DNA from: a virus
Length of the DNA stretch: 64,000 nucleotides
Strand: one strand, 5' to 3'
Virus record (IMG/VR): IMGVR_UViG_3300035670_000086
Location: 35,867 to 99,866 of that record
Position numbers and translations under genes: made by a program. Below, in pieces: positions 56,931-64,000 of the stretch; the stretch's first letter is position 1; each line of letters begins with the position of its first letter. A model generated the notes under the pieces. It searched no databases. It was not told the DNA's origin and saw only the letters and a list, made by a program, of their open reading frames with translations.

Positions 56931-58787
56931 TTATGAACTAAAGTCGTAGAATAATCCGGGAGCAGCACCAGTTCCTGCCGTGGTTCCTGCTTTTGGGAAA
57001 GTTGACGGTAAAGAACTATCATAAGTATGTGTTGCATACAAGTGAGTAGTCCAAGTTGTGTTTGCAGAACTAGCTGTCCCTAGTATATAGTGAGTTTGGT
57101 TCGTAGATATTCCCCGTATTACTGGTGCTCCATTAGCTACAACTGCTAACCAATAAAGTTGTCCGGGAATTAATGTATAAGCAATATTCCAAGTTCTTTT
57201 TTGTGCGTTTGTAGTAGTATCTAGCTCCACTGCCCCTTGTGCTACTAACTCATCAGGGTAAAGATCATTCTCTGCTGAATTAGTATATAATCCCATGATT
57301 GCGGATGTGCTGGCTGCTCCTGTAGTGACATAAATTTCTATATCATCTATCGTTGCACCTCGTCTTGGAGAAACAAAAGGCATAGCATACAATCTATTAG
57401 CAGTCATTGTGAATGTGCCTAGTGTTACTCCTGTCATCAATCCAGCGGCATACCAAGATGTGTAGTTAGTGGTTACTGCATTAGCAAAATCGTCAATAGA
57501 TGCTTCTTCTAACCAACTATAATCAATTTTACCACTAGATTTAGCTCTTGGAATCCCAGAGTCCGTTGCCGTATCGTATATATTTCCTGCCGTTATAGCT
57601 CCTGATACCGTTAAATTATTGCTTAGAGTTACTAAACTTTGGAAATATGATTTTCCTTGAACATACAGTCTAGAGTCAGCAGGAGCAGAATAAATGCCAG
57701 ATGCGATATCAAAACTATTTTTAACTACTCCACCATCTACAGTCAATGTCGTTCCTGATAGAGATCCAAATTTACCTTGACCAGAGACATTAACTGCTTG
57801 CACATTTGTAAATGTGCTTGTAGTTGTGCTGTAACTAATCAAGTCGCCGTTAGTAAGACCAGACGCTAGATTAAACCCTACAATGTCATTAATGTGAATT
57901 GGGTTAGCAACATCTATCAGAATAGAACCATTATTTACGCTTTGTCTAGTTACAATACCTAAGAATACTTCATCGTAAGGAGCAGGTAGTTTAACATTAG
58001 TAAACCCACCGCTAGAAGCTAAGTATAAAATATCTCCTTCGTTGTATGCATTAGTGTTAAACTTGTATAAAGTTCCTTTAGTAAGAACATGACCAAATTC
58101 ATTGTTAGGAATATCATGTTCTACTACACCAATACATCTACTCAAATCACCATTTGGAGCTTCAGGTACATGGTTATTCGCTGCCGATACTGCTCCGATT
58201 AAAACATTGTCTCCCGTAGCTCCGGTTACTCTTACAGGAGTTCCTTTAGCTAATGTAGATCCAGTATCGTTTTTAGCTACTACTACAACACCATAAGCTC
58301 TGTCATAATCTAAAGAATACCAATTATTTCCAGCAGCTATTACAGTAACAGACTCTGTTGGATCGTACAAACGAACTGTATTTGTCGCAGTTTGTAATGT
58401 TGCGCCAGATAATGTAACCGATCTATAAGATCCACCATCATCAATCTTAGATACTGTTATTTTTCTATCAGCATACGCAGATGCATCAGGTAAGTATAGT
58501 GTTACTGATGTCGTAGTGGTATTAACTAAGAAGGTATCAAAACCACCATTGATATTTAAAGAAGTGGTTGTTGCACTATCAACAGCACAAACATAAGGTC
58601 TAATATTTCTATACTCAGTTGCAGAAACTGTTGAAGCATATAAAGTAGTAACAGTTAATGAGTCATAAGAAATATCACTCACTGCTAAATAACTTGCTGG
58701 TATTGTGTCACCACTAGTTATTTCCCGAAGACCGGAGACTTCCCCCGCTCCGTTTCTTGATAATCCAATCGGAAGAAAATCTGCCAT
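56931..58787 (-). CDS. Tail fibre / appendage protein, multi-domain
   Basis: VTLYLPDAS...ITVSKID; KNDTGSTLAKGTPV..G; shares a 122-nt module with ORF 53606-55696. Confidence 0.7.
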   Translation of the reverse strand: MADFLPIGLSRNGAGEVSGLREITSGDTIPASYLAVSDISYDSLTVTTLYASTVSATEYRNIRPYVCAVDSATTTSLNINGGFDTFLVNTTTTSVTLYLPDASAYADRKITVSKIDDGGSYRSVTLSGATLQTATNTVRLYDPTESVTVIAAGNNWYSLDYDRAYGVVVVAKNDTGSTLAKGTPVRVTGATGDNVLIGAVSAANNHVPEAPNGDLSRCIGVVEHDIPNNEFGHVLTKGTLYKFNTNAYNEGDILYLASSGGFTNVKLPAPYDEVFLGIVTRQSVNNGSILIDVANPIHINDIVGFNLASGLTNGDLISYSTTTSTFTNVQAVNVSGQGKFGSLSGTTLTVDGGVVKNSFDIASGIYSAPADSRLYVQGKSYFQSLVTLSNNLTVSGAITAGNIYDTATDSGIPRAKSSGKIDYSWLEEASIDDFANAVTTNYTSWYAAGLMTGVTLGTFTMTANRLYAMPFVSPRRGATIDDIEIYVTTGAASTSAIMGLYTNSAENDLYPDELVAQGAVELDTTTNAQKRTWNIAYTLIPGQLYWLAVVANGAPVIRGISTNQTHYILGTASSANTTWTTHLYATHTYDSSLPSTFPKAGTTAGTGAAPGLFYDFSS

Positions 58788-58804
58788 AATCTAATTTTAC
58801 CTTA

Positions 58805-60700
58805 TCAGCGTCTCTTTAGCTGGTCTTCCTTTTTTTCTGCTTTTTTCTGCTTTGAGCGAACTATGCTTTCTTCTTCTTCAGCCTCGTCTTCAATTTCATG
58901 AGCTTTCTCATGCTTTGCTTCGATGGCATCTTCTTCTGCATCTAGTTCTGCTTGTTCAGCGTCGATGTCATCAGAATCTTCCATTTCTTCTTCGCCCTCT
59001 TCTTCTTCACCTTCTTCAGGCATTTCTTCTTCGCCACTATTTCCTAGTTCGGATTGGAGTGATGCGATGATTTCTTCTAGATCAGACATTACTTTCATAT
59101 ACTTATCGTCTGAAATGCCCATTTCGGTTGGCTCTGGTTTAGGTTGTAGAGCAGCCATCATTTCTTCATCTTCCATGCCCTCTTCGCCACCCATACCTTC
59201 TTCGCCTTCCTCACCCTCCATACCCTCTTCACCTTCCATCTCTTCTCCACCTTGAGGTACGGTAACATCGTCATCATCCATGCCTGTTGCAGGTGGAGGC
59301 TGTGATCCACCCATGGGTGGTTTGGGCATACCAGCGGGTGCTGCTGCCTGCATAGCTTGCATTGCTGCTGCGGGATCTCCACCACCTGCTGCCGCTCCAT
59401 TGATCATCTTTAAGATATCGCTAACCTTGGTCAAGTCAGTTGCGATCTTGTTAAAATCGAGATATGAACCTAGGCTCTCGTTTATGATTGTATCTTCGTA
59501 TCCAGCAGCGATAAATATTTCTTGAATTACCTCGTTGCAGGAGACGGCTTCAACACCGTTCTTATGCTTGAGTGAATCAGCCAACTCCATGAGGACTGAT
59601 CTCTGAACACTCTTCTTAGGTGATATCTTTGCTAGAGTTTCAAAGATTGAAATCTGTGTATTTAGTAAACCCTTAAATGTTGCAGGCTCTTTTAGGTTTT
59701 GAATGTTGATTCCGTATCTCTCATTTAGGTGAGTGATTAAAGAATTCTTCATTGGTTTCTTCATCTCAAAGATGTAAGATGAGAACTTCTGGATATCTGT
59801 TATTGTGATATCCTTTACATTGTTTAAATTTAGAGCGTTCTTGAATGTTTCAGTTAATTGCTTCTTACTTGCTAGTGCTAGGTAAGGAACCTCTGCAATT
59901 GCATGAGCCAAGGCTTCTATAATGACTGGCTCCTCAGAATACAACAAACCAGCTAGGCTCTGTACTCTTGGGCTAGATGCCCATACGGTATCGAAGTTAG
60001 CCTTATGCTCTAGCAATTCCTTCTTGATCAACTCGTGACGGCAAATCATTTCGTAAACAGACTTTGTGGTGTCCTCAGTAACGACAAATGAACCAGTCTC
60101 TACCAATGAATCGTAATCGTGTGTAACAATGTTGAATGCTTCTGAGATAGTTTGAGACAACCGAACCGCAGTTCTCATTTCCGCAATCTGAGATATCTTG
60201 TCCTTATGCTGCTGTAGGTACTGAACTAGCTGTGGGGCTATCTCCAAGAAGTTCTGAAACTCTTTAGTCTCTATGATCTTAGAAGTATCATTGAAGCGAT
60301 TTGATTTCTCCTCCAAGTTCTTCTTTATAGACTTGAACTTCAATCTGGACTCCCATAAGTAAAGCAAATCATCAAATGATGATTTGGCCTTCTTGTGTGA
60401 GTCTTCGTAAATGTGCTTTACGAAGGAGGATATTTTTGAATCAACCATAGAATCAAACTTGCTTTGATTCAAGAACACATCCACATCTTCCACAACTATG
60501 TCGTGGAGTGCTAGAGAGTCCTCTGTTTCAAAAGTTCCAACAATCACCTTGTTGGATTCCGTAACATAACATACGGATTTATCTTCTACATCAATCTTGA
60601 ATATAGACACATTCTCTCTAAGGGAACGACCTAGATAGTCACCCAACTTAATCAACTCAGAAACAGTTTTATTGCGGTTTTCAAATAAATTATCAAACAT
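58805..60700 (-). CDS. Large acidic protein downstream of portal, probable prohead core component
   Basis: Start at MFDNLFE (AGGAG Shine-Dalgarno); C-terminus is E/M/G/P-rich low complexity; sits where T4 has gp67/gp68. Confidence 0.6.
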   Translation of the reverse strand: MFDNLFENRNKTVSELIKLGDYLGRSLRENVSIFKIDVEDKSVCYVTESNKVIVGTFETEDSLALHDIVVEDVDVFLNQSKFDSMVDSKISSFVKHIYEDSHKKAKSSFDDLLYLWESRLKFKSIKKNLEEKSNRFNDTSKIIETKEFQNFLEIAPQLVQYLQQHKDKISQIAEMRTAVRLSQTISEAFNIVTHDYDSLVETGSFVVTEDTTKSVYEMICRHELIKKELLEHKANFDTVWASSPRVQSLAGLLYSEEPVIIEALAHAIAEVPYLALASKKQLTETFKNALNLNNVKDITITDIQKFSSYIFEMKKPMKNSLITHLNERYGINIQNLKEPATFKGLLNTQISIFETLAKISPKKSVQRSVLMELADSLKHKNGVEAVSCNEVIQEIFIAAGYEDTIINESLGSYLDFNKIATDLTKVSDILKMINGAAAGGGDPAAAMQAMQAAAPAGMPKPPMGGSQPPPATGMDDDDVTVPQGGEEMEGEEGMEGEEGEEGMGGEEGMEDEEMMAALQPKPEPTEMGISDDKYMKVMSDLEEIIASLQSELGNSGEEEMPEEGEEEEGEEEMEDSDDIDAEQAELDAEEDAIEAKHEKAHEIEDEAEEEESIVRSKQKKAEKKEDQLKRR

Positions 60701-60734
60701 AAGGACTCCTAAAATGTTATAGCCTATCAACTTG

Positions 60735-60742
60735 TATATAGG
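60735..60742 (-). promoter_or_regulatory. Putative late promoter CCTATATA
   Basis: Intergenic, just after the portal stop codon. Confidence 0.4.
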
Positions 60743-60745
60743 TTA

Positions 60746-62587
60746 CTATTTATCCAACATTTTTAACTTTGTGTTATATTTTTTAATAATTCTATCAAAA
60801 ATCAATACTTTTTCCATATTTTCGTTAATTAGGCTTTGATTTTTGAGATTATGTAAGGTATCTATGGATTCTTGTGGGGGAGCCGTTGGGGGCGTATTCT
60901 CCGCACTTTCGATTCCATTAGGTGGTTGCGATCCCATAGGAGGCCCCCCACCAGCTTCAGGAGGAGGTGCAGGAGGTGCTCCACCCATAGCACCAGCCCC
61001 ACCTTGCGGCTGCATTTGCTGTTGCATAGCCATGGCCTGTTGCTGCTCCATTTGAGTTTTCATTTCTTCCTTCATTTTCTTTATTTCGTTATCTGTTAGC
61101 TCGAAATACTCCTTGTAGAGGTAATCATCTGGGAATAGCTGTAACCCCTTAACTGCTTGAACTACACGGATTTTCTGCTCATCAACATCAAGTCTACGCT
61201 TGGTAAACATGTCTGATGGGTCGGGTAACTTAATTTTAAGAGAGTTAATTTCGCTTTGTGGATACTTTAAGATGGCTAAATGCCGTTTGGCTATGGTTTC
61301 TAGGCCAATCTCTACTTCGTGTTGTACCCGCATGATCACGCGAGCAAACTTAACATCTAGCTGAGATAGGTTTGCCTTACGCTCTGGGGACTTGTCATGC
61401 TCTACAACATAGTCTTTGGGAATCTTCAAACATGCTAAAACCTTATCTCTAAAGTACTTAACATCGTCAACTTCGCCCAAGTTCTGTGCTCCGGGCAAGG
61501 TTTCAATACGAGTATCTCTGTCGCCTCTGTGTGGGACGAAGAAGTCCTCATCCATGGACATTGGGTTGTACTTCTCGTCTATTGTGCCATTAGCGGAGTT
61601 GTAATATTTCTCTTTCTTAAACTTTTGCTTTAGCTTTTCTACGAATGCTTCAGCCTTACCTGTGGGTAAACTTCCAACATTAACATAGAATATTCTACGC
61701 TCGGGTGCGCGTGAGAGGCGGTAAATAAGCATTGCGTCTTCCATCAACTTAAGTGAACGGAACACTCTGATTGCAAATGCTGCTATAGACTTACCATATG
61801 GATAATACTTAGGGTCAGAGGTATGCAAACGGAAGTGGACGAGTTGGTTCTTGTCCAAGCCCATGTACTGGCTCTTTTCCATAGCTGTAGATTGGAATCC
61901 GAAAGAATTCCAAGAACCGTTATTCTTCTGAGGTATTTCCTGCAAGAAATCGGTTAGATACCCGTATTCATTTTCTACACGAATGATATAGTTAGGGTTT
62001 AAAATCTTTATTCTTTGGACACCTGCGGTGGGGTTGTTTAAGTCCATTACTAATTCTACGAAACAATCACCATACTTTACTGTGTTTCTAGTAATGTCCC
62101 AATAGTGACGGTCTAGCTTAATATTATTAAATAACCGCTCAATCTCTTTTATTGTTTTTTGCGAGTGAGCATCAACCCGCCACCGTCTATTTTTGGTATC
62201 CCGTTGAGTGCAATCGTCTGCGTAAATATCAAACGCTGCTCCGACCTCAGGATATTCATCCATCGACTCAAACTGAGAATATCTGTTCTTTCTGTTATTC
62301 TCTAGCTCTGGGATGAACGGGCTTCTGATGATCGAAGGAGTGCCACCCGGGTTTTGACGAACAACATTTGGGTTTATGATTGTATCGCCACCCAAAGGAT
62401 GGATAGGTGTAGGATTATTATCATCCGACTGTTGTGATACATATGGAGCAGCTTTAGTAGCAAAGTATCTGCCCCACCACTTACCGAATACGCCTAGTGG
62501 GTTAAACCAAGGTGTTGCTGCTGCGGAAGAGTTTGGATTACCAAACGCTGTCTCACCCATTTCATTTAATTTTTGCCTAGAATCCAT
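60746..62587 (-). CDS. gp20: Portal protein (gp20-like)
   Basis: LKLMEDAMLIYRLSRAPERRIFY, EDFFVP.R, IETLPGAQNLGEVDDVKYF. Confidence 0.96.
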   Translation of the reverse strand: MDSRQKLNEMGETAFGNPNSSAAATPWFNPLGVFGKWWGRYFATKAAPYVSQQSDDNNPTPIHPLGGDTIINPNVVRQNPGGTPSIIRSPFIPELENNRKNRYSQFESMDEYPEVGAAFDIYADDCTQRDTKNRRWRVDAHSQKTIKEIERLFNNIKLDRHYWDITRNTVKYGDCFVELVMDLNNPTAGVQRIKILNPNYIIRVENEYGYLTDFLQEIPQKNNGSWNSFGFQSTAMEKSQYMGLDKNQLVHFRLHTSDPKYYPYGKSIAAFAIRVFRSLKLMEDAMLIYRLSRAPERRIFYVNVGSLPTGKAEAFVEKLKQKFKKEKYYNSANGTIDEKYNPMSMDEDFFVPHRGDRDTRIETLPGAQNLGEVDDVKYFRDKVLACLKIPKDYVVEHDKSPERKANLSQLDVKFARVIMRVQHEVEIGLETIAKRHLAILKYPQSEINSLKIKLPDPSDMFTKRRLDVDEQKIRVVQAVKGLQLFPDDYLYKEYFELTDNEIKKMKEEMKTQMEQQQAMAMQQQMQPQGGAGAMGGAPPAPPPEAGGGPPMGSQPPNGIESAENTPPTAPPQESIDTLHNLKNQSLINENMEKVLIFDRIIKKYNTKLKMLDK

Positions 62588-64000
62588 TTAACTTCCTCTA
62601 AAGGTAATCCTTTAAAATATTTTGCAGACGCATCTCGTCTATCTGATATAGAAAGAGGCTCTGGAGAGTTTGGTTTAAGTTTGCTTACAATACTCGGAGA
62701 AGTTGCGATTAACCTGTTAAGTCCATGCACTGCAAGTTTTAATGCAGAGATTAAATCGTCATGGTGTCCTTTAGCAGCTTCAACCTTCCCGCTGTCATTA
62801 ATCTCAAACGCTAGTAATTCTTTTACTAATCTATCTGAGTTGATTGTTACTTTTCTGTTACGCACGAACTCTTCCATGTCGGAGAGTATGACCTCGTTGT
62901 TTGTAGCAGTAATGTTAATTCCCATTTGGTTTTTATCATCCATCCAAATGTTTTCATATTCTTGCCGTTCAAACAACTCGTTTACTAAGTTTGCTCCAAT
63001 ACCATTCCGCTCAGGAACAATCTTACACATATTGTAATAAATGCCCTCGCGTGCGACTATCTCTGCAAACTCGTTAATAGGAGTTTTGTTAGAATAAAAC
63101 TCTGCTACTTGCTCTCCATTGTACGCATTTAATATTACGAATGAAGAATAATCTAGCTCTCGTCCAAGAGCAGTGTCCACACCCATAACATAATCATGAT
63201 ATGGAACAGGCTCCTTCCAAATTCGCATACGGCCTTGATATTTTGTATCATATGTCTGTTTAACATTCTCATGTAAAAACTGTAAGGATTCGCCATCAAT
63301 GTAAGTAGATCCAGTACCTAGGAATTCCTTCTCGTACTCCTGTCTCCAACGCTTAAGGCCAATGTTCTTCTTGGTGATTTCCTCAAAACGAGTAACATCA
63401 TACTTCTTATCCTTCTCACGGATGAACTCGTACAACCACTCATACTTTTCATTGTACTTATATTGAGGATGCTCCCACCAATCAATCTCTATAAGGTTGA
63501 ATTCGTTTCTTCCTGCTCTAGCTTCCTGATAAGTATTAAAATACCAATTACCCATGCCATTAACGGTAGATAACACAAATACACGACCACCTGTAGAAAT
63601 GATTGGATAAACTGCTGCCCAAATGTCATCAATGTGTTCAATGAATGCCGCCTCGTCGATCATCAAGAAATAAGAAGCTAGTGAACGGCCTGATGTCTTT
63701 TTAGCCGGACGAGCTTTAATTTTATTACCGTTTGATAACTCTAATGTGTGCTTGTTGTCTCCACCACGAATAATCTTGGGTTGCATCCAAGGTGGAAGCT
63801 CATCATACATAATTTTAATTCTAGACAAGATTTCAATTGACTCAGTATCACCAATAGAAAGAATAGTAATCGTCTTATTCTTTTGGAATACTGCCATGTG
63901 CATGATATAAGCACAACCAATCGTAGTACATCCTGCCTGTCTAAACTTGCGGAGGAAATTAAAGCGATTATGTTCTAAATCATCAATAATCCGCTCTTGG
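62566..64000 (-). CDS. gp17: Terminase large subunit (gp17-like), 5' truncated
   Basis: Frame is open to the window end (...RKFRQAGCTT); Walker B MIDEAAF; STVNG; QEY...F; GVD; HDDL. Confidence 0.95.
   Translation of the reverse strand, partial: QERIIDDLEHNRFNFLRKFRQAGCTTIGCAYIMHMAVFQKNKTITILSIGDTESIEILSRIKIMYDELPPWMQPKIIRGGDNKHTLELSNGNKIKARPAKKTSGRSLASYFLMIDEAAFIEHIDDIWAAVYPIISTGGRVFVLSTVNGMGNWYFNTYQEARAGRNEFNLIEIDWWEHPQYKYNEKYEWLYEFIREKDKKYDVTRFEEITKKNIGLKRWRQEYEKEFLGTGSTYIDGESLQFLHENVKQTYDTKYQGRMRIWKEPVPYHDYVMGVDTALGRELDYSSFVILNAYNGEQVAEFYSNKTPINEFAEIVAREGIYYNMCKIVPERNGIGANLVNELFERQEYENIWMDDKNQMGINITATNNEVILSDMEEFVRNRKVTINSDRLVKELLAFEINDSGKVEAAKGHHDDLISALKLAVHGLNRLIATSPSIVSKLKPNSPEPLSISDRRDASAKYFKGLPLEEVKWILGKN

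Noticed and set aside
54563-57760. Possible diversity-generating retroelement template/variable repeat pair in fibre genes
   Set aside because: Differences are mostly synonymous and not adenine-specific, both copies are mid-gene coding sequence, and there is no reverse transcriptase in the window.
2548-63037. Numerous plus-strand ORFs of 60-180 aa opposite structural genes (e.g. 3493, 14466, 33427, 43443, 55871, 58923, 62573) and short nested minus-strand ORFs
   Set aside because: These are shadow frames of well-supported genes, caused by codon bias and low-complexity repeats.
1-64000. Stop-codon reassignment, introns/inteins, tRNA or rRNA genes
   Set aside because: Core genes are full length in the standard code, TAA, TAG and TGA all end genes, there are no evident insertions in the terminase, portal, helicase or primase, and intergenic gaps are too short or lack such structures by eye.

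Overview
This 64 kb window is the virion morphogenesis region of a large, AT-rich T4-like contractile-tailed phage, read almost entirely on the minus strand in the standard genetic code. In transcription order (right to left) it carries: terminase large subunit (truncated), portal, a long acidic core-like protein, a tail-fibre cluster, and an island of DNA-metabolism genes in mixed orientation (UvsW-like helicase, primase, Cas4/RecB-like nuclease) interleaved with gp26/gp51-like tail chaperone genes. Next come the tape measure, tube initiator, gp53, gp27-like hub, gp5 spike, gp25, gp6, a gp7-like wedge, several large baseplate/appendage proteins and a PAAR tip. These are followed by eight small internal-head-like genes, prohead protease, scaffold, major capsid, neck gp13/gp14, gp15, a 1506-aa appendage, sheath, tube and a truncated nuclease-fold ORF. 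Main points of interest: (1) gp15 tail terminator is a single polypeptide with three tandem full-length copies; (2) a U-UUU-UUU -1 slippery site appears to fuse gp26-like to an otherwise start-less gp51-like ORF; (3) a family of probable capsid-targeted, protease-processed basic polyproteins shares a leader ending in [IL]xE; (4) a baseplate-type anchor domain is fused to a possible polysaccharide-lyase-like cargo; (5) an extended late-promoter motif TA[ATG]ATA-N4-TAG recurs. All family assignments come from motif recognition and synteny by eye; no database searches were run.
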